Under the pieces are notes generated by a model, which saw nothing but the letters and a program-made list of their open reading frames with translations, searched no databases and was not told the DNA's origin. A DNA stretch of 38,459 nt. It comes from a virus (Duplodnaviria; Heunggongvirae; Uroviricota; Caudoviricetes). The stretch is from IMG/VR virus record IMGVR_UViG_2896607866_000012, positions 1 through 38,459 of that record; one strand, 5' to 3'. The first letter of the stretch is position 1; the number at the start of each line of letters is the position of its first letter. The position numbers and the translations under genes are program-made. Of this stretch, positions 29,027 through 38,459 are shown piece by piece.

Positions 29027-29302
29027 ATGAAAGTCCAGATTTTAAACAATAACTGTGAAGTCGTTTGGTCATACGACATAGCCGCCCATGTAGATCAGAG
29101 CGGCGATAGCTGGGCCAATGGGAAACATCAGATTATGGCTGGAGTTGTATTCTCTTTACGCCGTGCTTTAGAACAGGCTGAAGTCTTTCCATCAGGCCCT
29201 GAATGGAAATGGCCTTTTTCTATTTGTCCAAATTCGGAGAGTACATTTCAGAAAATTGGTCAGAAAGTCGCACTCGAAGAGCATCAGCCAACTGTTTCCT
29301 GA
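29027..29302 (+). CDS. hypothetical early-left protein
   Basis: 91 aa from ATG 29027 with AGGTG SD; overlaps a convergent minus-strand ORF that is split by IS911, so coding status is uncertain. Confidence 0.3.
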   Translation: MKVQILNNNCEVVWSYDIAAHVDQSGDSWANGKHQIMAGVVFSLRRALEQAEVFPSGPEWKWPFSICPNSESTFQKIGQKVALEEHQPTVS

Positions 29303-29421
29303 TTTTTTCAGGTAACTCGTCGGCATCGCAGAAACAACAACGCTCGATCTGAAGTGGCACACTGAATTTGGCCACCTGAACAGAGGTGATATGCTCACCT
29401 CAGAACAACACAGGTGCTCCA

Positions 29422-30590
<1,169 letters not shown>

Positions 30591-30717
30591 CCACTTCAAT
30601 CATGTTGAAAGCCGATTCGTAGAACTGTTTTTGCTGAGTGTCGCTGAGACAGGAAAAGAGCGACGTTACGATGATTTTATTAATTGCATTATCAAGTTCT
30701 TTTTCATCAAAAGTCAT

Positions 30718-31154
30718 TTGATTTTCCTTTTATGTATACGGGCTTAAAAGGATACCACCGAGCCTGAAGTGGTGAAAAGACAGGCACATAACAGCTAAGT
30801 ATTTTCAACCAAAGAGAATCCTTAGCGTTGTGGTGAATGCGGCTCAGCGCACGCGGGTTAAGGTTGAGGCTGACAGTCGACCTTCTGTGGATACCCACCC
30901 GTCTGGTGTGCAACCTTCGCCAGGCACCGGGAGGCACCCGGCACCACAACTTTATGCTGTGTGTAGTCCTGGCGGTACCAGTTTGTACCCTTGCTTCCGG
31001 CTGGTACCGTCCTTTTTACAAAACAGAGAAGAGCATCACCGGACGACGGGCTCATAACCCAATCCATCCGGGCGGCTGCCACCGCAGGTGTTCTTCTCTG
31101 TTTTGTGGAGAAACTAATCGGCCTTGCAGGGTCGATATGATGAGGAGCAGCAAA
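30718..31154 (+). other. GC-rich structured non-coding block (candidate regulatory RNA)
   Basis: No credible ORF; nested inverted repeats including a 15/16 bp stem (31018..31033 with 31091..31106) and CGGTACCAG / CTGGTACCG (30973..30981 / 31001..31009). Strand assigned by operon direction only. Confidence 0.3.
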
Positions 31155-31256
31155 ATGGCTAGCGAACGCAGTACTGATGTGCAGGCATTTATCGGGGAGC
31201 TGGACGGCGGCGTATTTGAAACCAAAATCGGCGCAGTTCTCGGTAATGACTCCAAC

Positions 31257-31760
31257 TTACTGATAGTGTTTTATGTTCAGATAATGCCCGATGACCTTGT
31301 CATGCAGCTCCACCGATTTTGAGAACGACAGTGACTTCCGTCCCAGCCTTGCCAGATGTTGTCTCAGATTCAGATTATGTCGCTCAATGCGCTGAGTGTA
31401 ACGCTTGCTGATAACGTGCAGCTTTCCCTTCAGGCGTGATTCATACAGCGGCCAGCCATCCGTCATCCATACCACGACCTCAAAGGCCGACAGCAGGCTC
31501 AGAAGACGCTCCAGTGTGGCCAGAGTGCGTTCACCGAAGACGTGCGCCACAACCGTCCTCCGTATCCTGTCATACGCGTAAAACAGCCAGCGCTGACGTG
31601 ATTTAGCACCGACGTAGCCCCAATGTTCGTCCATTTCAGCGCAGACAATCACATCACTGCCCGGTTGTATGCGCGAGGTTACCGACTGCGGCCTGAGTTT
31701 TTTAAGTGACGTAAAACCGTGTTGAGGCCAACGCCCATAATGCGTGCACTGGCGCGACAT
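31257..31760 (-). CDS. insB: IS1 InsB frame (InsAB' transposase by frameshift)
   Basis: 167 aa ORF ending ...[10 protein letters not shown], 15 nt from IS end. Confidence 0.85.
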   Translation of the reverse strand: MSRQCTHYGRWPQHGFTSLKKLRPQSVTSRIQPGSDVIVCAEMDEHWGYVGAKSRQRWLFYAYDRIRRTVVAHVFGERTLATLERLLSLLSAFEVVVWMTDGWPLYESRLKGKLHVISKRYTQRIERHNLNLRQHLARLGRKSLSFSKSVELHDKVIGHYLNIKHYQ

Positions 31761-31954
31761 CCGACGCCATTCATGGCCATATCAATGATTTTCTGGTGCG
31801 TACCGGGCTGAGAGGCGGTGTAAGTGAACTGTAGTTGCCATGTTTTACGGCAATGAGAGCAGAGATAGCGCTGATGTCCGGCAGTGCTTTTGCCGTTACG
31901 CACCACGCCTTCAGTAGCGGAGCAGGAAGGACATCTGATGGAAATGGAAGCCAC
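31679..31954 (-). CDS. insA: IS1 InsA
   Basis: 91 aa [23 protein letters not shown]...; starts 56 nt from IS end. Confidence 0.9.
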   Translation of the reverse strand: MASISIRCPSCSATEGVVRNGKSTAGHQRYLCSHCRKTWQLQFTYTASQPGTHQKIIDMAMNGVGCRASARIMGVGLNTVLRHLKNSGRSR

Positions 31955-32358
31955 GCAAGCACCTTAAAATCACCATCATACACTAAATCAGTAAGTTGGC
32001 AGCATTACCCAGTTCTCAGTGAAGTCGCTTCCGGTGTGATGAACACGAAAACCAAAGGTAAGGTCTCACTCAACCTGGAAATCGAACCATTTGATGAGAA
32101 CCGTGTGAAAATCAAACACAAACTCTCATATGTTCGCCCGACTAACCGTGGGAAAATTTCCGAAGAAGACACCACCGAAACGCCGATGTATGTCAATCGC
32201 GGTGGTCGCCTGACTATTCTGCAGGAAGACCAGGGACAATTACTGACTCTTGCCGGTGAGCCTGACGGAAAACTCCGCGCAGCAGGTCATTAATATCGTT
32301 CTTAATTAACTGATTATTTATCTCATCACTGAATATCTTAATATAGTGAGGACTTATT

Positions 32359-33006
32359 ATGTCTCAGTACTTAGACGCAACCGCAATTAATCAAATCCAT
32401 GCCCTTATTTCTGCTCAGGGTGTTAATGAAATTATCAGTAAGATTGGTGCCGATGCTGTGGCATTGCCTGAGAATTTCCGCATTCATGATCTGGAAAAAT
32501 TTAATTTAAATCGCTTCCGTTTCCGTGGTGCGCTTTCCACTGCCAGCATCGATGACTTTACCCGTTATTCTAAAGATCTTGCAGATGAAGGCACCCGCTG
32601 CTTTATCGATGCTGATAATATGCGTGCCGTCAGTGTGCTTAACCTGGGTACTATTGATGAACCAGGTCACGCAGATAACACCGCCACTCTCAAACTGAAA
32701 AAGACAGCACCGTTCTCTGCCCTGTTGTCTGTTAACGGCGAGCGTAACTCCCAGAAATCACTGGCAGAATGGATTGAAGACTGGGCCGACTACCTTGTGG
32801 GCTTTGATGCTAATGGTGACGCCATTCAGGCAACAAAAGCGGCTGCGGCTATCCGTAAAATCACGATTGAAGCAAACCAGACCGCTGATTTTGAAGATAA
32901 TGACTTCAGCGGCAAACGCTCCCTGATGGAATCTGTCGAAGCGAAGACCAAAGACATTATGCCAGTGGCATTTGAATTTAAATGCGTTCCGTTTGAAGGT
33001 CTGTAA
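32359..33006 (+). pseudogene. yfdQ: yfdQ-like (DUF2303) gene, 3' end displaced by IS66-family insertion
   Basis: 215 codons then a stop supplied by the IS terminus (gTAAg); the remaining 59 codons resume in frame at 35765 after the 8 bp repeat, reconstructing 274 aa. Confidence 0.6.
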
Positions 33007-33084
33007 GCGCCCCATCAGCGACGTCTTGTGAAAATTGTCCTGTCTGGCAACAATCGCGCCCATCTATATTGATGGACACGAACG

Positions 33085-33759
33085 ATGAATTCCCAGACAA
33101 CAAAAGATATTCCCTGCTTCCGTTCTTATTTGCCTGATGCCCTGCGTTTAAGATTTGAAGATAAACTGACCATCCGGGCCATCGCTCAGCGTCTGGGTCT
33201 CAGTCATTCCACAATACATACGCTTTTTCAGCGATTTCTTGCATCCGGTATCGCATGGCCATTGCCCGATTCAGTTTCATTCGCTCAACTTGACGCCATC
33301 CTTTATGCCAACAGAAAGAAGGAATTAACAGAGCCTCAAATCAGAGAAGGCTCATGGCGAAAAGAACGGCGAACCAGCTATAGCCGTGAATTTAAGGTCC
33401 GTCTGGCTAAGCAGGCGTTACAGCCTGGGGCTGTTGTTGCCCGGATCGCCAGAGAACACGATATCAATAATAACCTGCTGTTTAAATGGAAAAGCCAGTA
33501 CGAGGACGGCTTACTGAGCGATGATGACATACAGGAATGCATGCCTGTCCCGGTGGCTCTGACTGATACGCCGGAGCCGACCAGACCAGTTACAAATCCC
33601 TTCTGGCGTAACAAGCATGATGAGCGCCCTGAGGGGGCTCCCGGAAACGTCCCACGGTGCGAGCTGCATCTTAAATCAGGTGTGGTAAAACTGTTTGACC
33701 CTCTCACTCCGGAACTGTTACGGGCGCTAATCCGCGAAATGAAAGGGGGTATCCGATGA
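33085..33759 (+). CDS. IS66-family TnpA-like accessory protein
   Basis: C-terminal half shows the IS66 Orf1 pattern (YSREFKVRLAKQALQPGAVVARIAREHDINNNLLFKWKSQYEDG); N-terminal extension, so true start uncertain. Confidence 0.55.
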   Translation: MNSQTTKDIPCFRSYLPDALRLRFEDKLTIRAIAQRLGLSHSTIHTLFQRFLASGIAWPLPDSVSFAQLDAILYANRKKELTEPQIREGSWRKERRTSYSREFKVRLAKQALQPGAVVARIAREHDINNNLLFKWKSQYEDGLLSDDDIQECMPVPVALTDTPEPTRPVTNPFWRNKHDERPEGAPGNVPRCELHLKSGVVKLFDPLTPELLRALIREMKGGIR

Positions 33760-34103
33760 TAACGCTGCCGACCGGTACCAAAATCTGGATCATCGCTGGC
33801 ATCACAGATATGCGTTGTGGCTTCAATGGCCTGGCTTCGAAGGTGCAGAACACGCTGAAAGATGACCCGTTCTCCGGGCATATCTTCGTCTTCCGGGGCC
33901 GCAGTGGCAAAATGGTGAAAATACTGTGGGCCGATCGTGACGGGTTATGCCTGTTCGCCAAACGCCTGGAACGGGGCCGCTTCGTCTGGCCGGTGACCCG
34001 GGAAGGGAAAGTGCACCTGACGCCAGCTCAGTTATCCATGCTACTGGAGGGGATCGCGTGGCAACATCCCAAACGGACAGAACGGCCTGGCATCCGGATA
34101 TAA
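33756..34103 (+). CDS. IS66-family TnpB (Orf2)
   Basis: 115 aa; start overlaps tnpA stop (ATGA). Confidence 0.8.
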   Translation: MITLPTGTKIWIIAGITDMRCGFNGLASKVQNTLKDDPFSGHIFVFRGRSGKMVKILWADRDGLCLFAKRLERGRFVWPVTREGKVHLTPAQLSMLLEGIAWQHPKRTERPGIRI

Positions 34104-34122
34104 CCCGTGATAAAACAAGGGA

Positions 34123-35723
34123 ATGAACAATGAACTCCCCGATGATATTGAGCTGCTTAAAGCCATGTTGCGTAAGCAACAGAGTCGGCTTCGACAGTAT
34201 GCCTGTCAGGTCGCGGGCTATGAGCAGGAAATTGAACGGCTGAAAGCGCAACTCGACAGGTTGCGTCGTATGTTGTTCGGCCAGAGTTCAGAGAAAAAGC
34301 GTCATAAGCTTGAAAATCAGATCCGACAGGCAGAAAAACGACTGTCGGAACTGGAAAACCGGCTGAACACAGCCAGAAATCTTCTGGAAGATGCATCGTC
34401 AGTCACAGATTCACCTGACACCAGTCCCCCGTCAGAAAACCCGATCGCCAGTAAGCCTGAATCCCCGGGACGAAAATCTTCACGAAAACCGCTGCCGGCA
34501 GAACTTCCCCGGGAGACACATCGCCTTCTGCCTGCTGAAACCAGTTGCCCGGCCTGTGGAGGTGTTCTGAAAGAAATGGGGGAAACAATCTCAGAGCAAC
34601 TGGATATCATTAATACCGCCTTTAAAGTTATCGAAACCATACGTCCCAAACTGGCCTGTAGCCGGTGTGATGTCATCGTTCAGGCACCACTTCCCCTAAA
34701 CCGATCGAACGCGGTTATGCCAGTGCAGGGTTACTTGCACGGATCCTGGTCAGCAAATATATGGAACATATCCCTTTATATCGCCAGTCAGAAATATACG
34801 CGCGACAGGGCGTGGAGCTGAGCCGTAATACCATGGTGCGCTGGGTATCAGAAATGGCAGACAAACTCCGTCCTCTGTATATAGCGCTGAATGACTATGT
34901 TCTGGAGGCAGGAAAGGTGCACGCAGATGACACTCCGGTGAAAGTACTGGCCCCGGGGAACGGAAAGACGAAAACGGGTCGTCTGTGGGTATACGTCAGG
35001 GATGATCGTAATGCGGGTTCATCCCTGCCGGCAGCCGTCTGGTTCGCGTATTCGGCAGATCGCAAAGGAGAACATCCGCAGCTCCACCTGGCAAAGTATC
35101 AGGGCGTACTGCAGGCTGATGCCTATGCAGGTTATAACGTACTGTACGAAACGGGCCGGGTGAAGGAAGCCGGGTGCCTGGCCCACGCCCGCCGAAAAAT
35201 CCATGACGAGGATGTGCGCCGTCCGACAGAAATGACTCAGGAAGCGCTCAGACGGATAGCAGAGTTATACGACATAGAAGCGGAGATACGTGGCAGTCCG
35301 GCAGAGGAACGGCTTGCAGTCAGAAAAGCCAGAAGCGTCCAGTTGATGCAGTCGTTGTACGACTGGATACAGTTGCAGAGGAAAACGCTGTCGAAACATG
35401 CGGAGATGGCGAAGGCGTTCGACTATATCCTGAATCACTGGAATGCGCTGAACGAGTTCTGTCGTGACGGCTGGGTGGAAATAGACAACAACATCGGTGA
35501 AAACGCGTTACGATCGGTGGCGGTTGGAAGAAAAAATTATCTCTTTTTCGGCTCAGACAAGGGAGGAGAAAGTGCGGCGATCATCTACAGTCTGCTGGTC
35601 ACCTGCAAACAGAACGAAGTGGAGCCGGAGGACTGGTTGCGCGAAGTGATCGAGAAGCTCAATGACTGGCCGTCGAACCAAGTGCATGAACTGCTGCCCT
35701 GGAACTTCTCGTCTGTAAAATAA
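34123..35723 (+). pseudogene. IS66-family transposase TnpC, frameshifted
   Basis: N-terminal zinc-finger part (34123..34821) and catalytic part (34761..35723) are in different frames; switch lies at C4 run 34693..34696. Confidence 0.7.
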
Positions 35724-35755
35724 TCCTTACGCTACGTACTTCTCGGGGCGCTTAC

Positions 35756-35944
35756 GAAGGTCTGAAAGAACGTCCGTTTAAATTACGCCTCAGCATTATC
35801 ACTGGCGATCGTCCTGTACTGGTTCTGCGCATTATTCAGCTGGAAGCGGTGCAGGAAGATATGGCTAACGAATTTCGTGATCTGCTTGTTGAGAAATTCA
35901 AAGACAGCAAAGTAGAAACCTTTATTGGTACTTTCACCGCCTGA
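35756..35944 (+). pseudogene. 3' remnant of yfdQ-like gene
   Basis: In-frame continuation of 32359..33002 across the IS; stop TGA 35942..35944. Confidence 0.55.
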
Positions 35945-35956
35945 TTTCATTACTGC

Positions 35957-35978
35957 AAATGCCCCTGCGGGGGCATTT
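35957..35978 (+). terminator. stem-loop downstream of yfdQ-like gene (possible terminator)
   Basis: AAATGCCCC-TGCG-GGGGCATTT, followed by only a weak U tract. Confidence 0.3.
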
Positions 35979-36071
35979 ATGGAAACGTAATTAACTCAAT
36001 AATCACCGGATGGTGAGGGCTTCCTTTTACCCAAACTCAGCGCAGTGCAGCGCATATACGTGGAGAACAAA

Positions 36072-36267
36072 ATGTCATTTATTAAAACTTTTTCCGGGAA
36101 GCATTTTTATTATGACAAGATAAATAAAGACGACATCGTGATTAACGATATCGCGGTTTCCCTTTCAAATATCTGTCGCTTTGCCGGTCATCTTTCTCAC
36201 TTCTACAGTGTCGCCCAACATGCGGTGCTTTGCAGCCAGCTGGTGCCGCAGGAATTTGCTTTTGAAG
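36072..36267 (+). pseudogene. yfdR: yfdR-like HD-domain gene, 5' fragment truncated by IS600-like element
   Basis: GGAGAA SD then ATG 36072; MSFIKTFSGKHFYYDKINKDDIV...QEFAFE then runs into the IS end at 36268; no 3' portion in window. Confidence 0.55.
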
Positions 36268-36310
36268 TGAGGTGTACTGGCAATAGCGGACACTACCATT
36301 TGTTCTTTTT

Positions 36311-37129
36311 TTAAGCAGCCATCTGATGATATTTTTCCCTGAAGGCTGCCGGGGAGATATTCCCCAGACGAGAGTGACGACGCTGACGATTGTAGAAAAT
36401 CTCAATGTATTCCCGTATTACTGAGATGGCTTCATCCCGGTTATTAAAACGATAGTGGCTCAGGCTCTCATTTTTCAGCGTTCCCCAGAAGCTTTCCATC
36501 GGAGCGTTGTCGTAACAGTTACCTTTACGCGACATTGATGTTTTCAGACCAAACTGCTCCTGTATGACCCGGTAATCGTATGCGCAGTACTGTGAACCTC
36601 GATCAGAGTGGTGGATTAGCCCGGCAGGTGGGCGCTGGCTCCTGAGCGCCATAAACAGGGCTTTACCTGTCAGCTCTTTTGTCATGCGCTCTCCCATGGC
36701 GTAGCCGACAATTTCGCACGTATAAACATCTTTGATGCCAGCGAGGTACAACCATCCCTCCTGTGTGGCAACATACGTCAGGTCCGCCACCCAGACTTGA
36801 TTTGGTGCTGTAGGAGCGAACGTCTGGTTCAGCAGATTTGGCGCAACTGGCAGATTGTGGTTCGGGTTCGTAGTCGCTCTGAACTTGCGTTTCTGCTTAC
36901 AGCGTAGCCTTAGCTCCTTACGAAGACGTGCCAGTCGGTCACGACCAACGATGATGCCATTCTCTGCCAGCTCCGTCTGGAGCCGCCGGGTTCCATATGT
37001 TTCGCGAGTGCGGATATGTGCCACCTTAATCTCCAGTTTTAGCCGCTCATCACTTTGTTTTCTGTCTGAGGGTTCATGCTGTACCCAGTTGTAATAACCG
37101 CTCCTGGATACACCAAATACCTGACACAT
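36311..37129 (-). CDS. IS600-like OrfB (DDE catalytic domain)
   Basis: 272 aa in -1 frame relative to OrfA; DDE motifs. Confidence 0.8.
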   Translation of the reverse strand: MCQVFGVSRSGYYNWVQHEPSDRKQSDERLKLEIKVAHIRTRETYGTRRLQTELAENGIIVGRDRLARLRKELRLRCKQKRKFRATTNPNHNLPVAPNLLNQTFAPTAPNQVWVADLTYVATQEGWLYLAGIKDVYTCEIVGYAMGERMTKELTGKALFMALRSQRPPAGLIHHSDRGSQYCAYDYRVIQEQFGLKTSMSRKGNCYDNAPMESFWGTLKNESLSHYRFNNRDEAISVIREYIEIFYNRQRRHSRLGNISPAAFREKYHQMAA

Positions 37130-37164
37130 CGCTTCAATGGGAAATTGTTGTCGCCATTGTTCGA

Positions 37165-37467
37165 TTAACGCGTATTTTTCAGCGACTCCTGTGCAAAATA
37201 CGCTGTTGCTTTTTTTAATATATCTCGCTCAAGGCGAGCTTCATTTAACGCCTTACGCAGTTGCAGAATTTCAGATTCCAGTTCAGCCACCGTGCGGGAA
37301 CCAGGAGTACCGAGCCCTTTTCTGGCGGCGGTAACCCATTGTCCTAAAGTGCCTTCAGGAAGGGATAATCGGGAAGCGCCTTCACTGATCGAAAGTTGAT
37401 TTTCAAGAACCGTTCTGACAGCTTCGGCTTTGAACTCTTTAGAGTAACGTTGGGTTTTTCTGCTCAT
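37165..37467 (-). CDS. IS600-like OrfA
   Basis: 100 aa [26 protein letters not shown]...; contains TTA_AAA_AAA slippery run (plus 37210..37216). Confidence 0.8.
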   Translation of the reverse strand: MSRKTQRYSKEFKAEAVRTVLENQLSISEGASRLSLPEGTLGQWVTAARKGLGTPGSRTVAELESEILQLRKALNEARLERDILKKATAYFAQESLKNTR

Positions 37468-37531
37468 TATTAGCTCCTTCTGATGCCATTCTATTTCAGG
37501 AAGGAGTGTCCGTTAAACTCAGGCTACCTCA

Positions 37532-38459
37532 CAAAAGCCGGATCGGATTCTGGCTTCAACATTTCGCAGGAATGCAACTAAGAGACATTACTGAATCAAA
37601 AATTTATTCAGCAATGCAGAAAATGACGAACCGGCGTCATGAGGAAAACTGGAAACTCAGGGCAGAAGCATGCAGAAAAAAAGGGAAACCTGTTCCAGAA
37701 TACACGCCAAAACCAGCGTCGGTTGTAACGAAGGCTACGCATCTTTCATTTATAAAGGCCCTACTAAGAGCCGCAGAGCGTGAATGGAAAATGCTGGATA
37801 AGGCACCAATTATTAAAGTGCCTCAACCAAAGAATAAACGGATCCGCTGGCTGGAGCCCCATGAAGCACAAAGGCTGATTGATGAATGTCCGGAGCCATT
37901 AAAGTCTGTTGTTGAATTTGCACTGGCAACAGGCTTAAGACGCTCGAACATCATCAACCTTGAATGGCAACAAATAGATATGCAGCGCCGGGTGGCATGG
38001 ATAAACCCGGAAGAGAGTAAATCAAACCGCGCAATCGGCGTTGCGCTGAATGATACTGCATGTCGCGTTTTGAAAAAACAAATCGGGAATCATCACCGTT
38101 GGGTATTTGTGTACAAGGAAAGCTGTACCAAACCAGACGGAACGAAAGCGCCAACAGTAAGGAAGATGCGGTATGACGCAAACACAGCCTGGAAAGCGGC
38201 GCTGAGACGGGCTGGTATTGATGATTTCAGATTTCACGACTTGAGACACACCTGGGCAAGTTGGCTGGTTCAAGCCGGAGTCCCGTTGTCAGTGTTACAG
38301 GAAATGGGAGGCTGGGAGTATATCGAAATGGTTCGTCGATATGCTCACCTTGCACCTAATCACCTTACCGAACACGCACGGCAAATAGACTCGATCCTGA
38401 ACCCATCGGTCCCAAATTTGTCCCAGTCAAAAAATAAGGAAGGTACTAATGATGTGTAA
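37532..38459 (+). pseudogene. phage tyrosine integrase, 5'-truncated at IS600-like boundary
   Basis: Catalytic-domain signature R...HDLRHT...Y present; arm-binding N-terminus absent; the track ORF start (GTG 37506) lies inside the IS; stop TAA at 38457..38459. Confidence 0.75.

Larger units (their letters stand above)
31242..32009 (-). mobile_element. IS1
   Basis: 768 bp; ends GGTAATGACTCCAACTTA... and ...GGTAATGCTGCCAACTTACTGAT (reverse complement); 8 bp direct repeat CAGTTCTC at 31234..31241 and 32010..32017. Confidence 0.9.
31155..32293 (+). pseudogene. yfdP: yfdP-like gene split by IS1 (parts 31155..31241 and 32018..32293)
   Basis: GAGGAG SD then ATG 31155; reading frame continues exactly across the IS1 insertion once one 8 bp repeat copy is removed, giving a 120 aa product. 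Symbol from CPS-53 synteny and memory. Confidence 0.55.
33003..35755 (+). mobile_element. IS66-family insertion sequence
   Basis: Terminal inverted repeats GTAAGCGCCCC... / ...GGGGCGCTTAC; perfect 8 bp direct repeat GAAGGTCT at 32995..33002 and 35756..35763; three-ORF tnpA-tnpB-tnpC organisation. Confidence 0.8.
36268..37531 (-). mobile_element. IS3-family insertion sequence, IS600-like (1264 bp)
   Basis: Ends TGAGGTGTACTGG... and ...GGCTACCTCA (TG...CA); orfA/orfB with A7 slippery run; flanking trinucleotides differ (AAG vs CAA), so no target duplication. Confidence 0.7.

Noticed and set aside
30599-30717. Calling the minus-strand ATG 30717 reading frame a confident gene disrupted by IS911
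   Set aside because: The reconstructed 82 aa product has no recognisable family and overlaps a convergent plus-strand ORF; kept as a hypothesis in the findings rather than a feature.
30837-31322. 161 aa plus-strand ORF spanning the GC-rich block and the IS1 boundary
   Set aside because: It starts in non-coding structured sequence and ends inside IS1; it is an artefact of the yfdP-like frame (true start 31155 with SD) fused to IS1 terminal sequence.
36142-36405. Minus-strand 87 aa ORF across the yfdR/IS600 boundary
   Set aside because: It spans the IS terminus and the antisense of yfdR; no start signals; chimeric artefact.
37506-37531. Track start of the integrase ORF (GTG 37506) as the native integrase N-terminus
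   Set aside because: These codons lie inside the IS600-like terminal repeat; the integrase is 5'-truncated and the native start is missing.
38400-38459. attachment site or tRNA at the right edge
   Set aside because: The window ends at the integrase stop codon; no tRNA-like sequence is visible inside the window, so att cannot be called.

Overview
Almost the whole window is one lambdoid-regulated myovirus prophage of the SfV / e14 / CPS-53 type (E. coli/Shigella-like host), lying in reverse orientation. Minus-strand genes run from a tail fibre at position 1 through a Mu-like contractile tail and baseplate, an HK97-like head, terminase, HNH endonuclease, lysis cassette, Q antiterminator and the nin/replication/early-right genes to a cro-like gene at 28068. 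A divergent CI-like repressor (28159-28833, +) is followed by a plus-strand early-left arm that ends in an integrase fragment at the right edge. The prophage looks multiply inactivated: the terminase large subunit carries an in-frame TAG, and four different IS elements (IS911, IS1, an IS66-family element, an IS600-like element) sit within 8.2 kb of the early-left arm, splitting yfdP-, yfdQ- and yfdR-like genes and removing the integrase 5' end. I did not find a recognisable defence system. The unexplained candidates are a GC-rich structured non-coding block (30718-31154), an AT-rich two-gene moron between Rz and HNH (18043-18580), and two unknown genes in the early-right operon (26211-27276). 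All family and element names are from sequence reading and memory; no searches were run.
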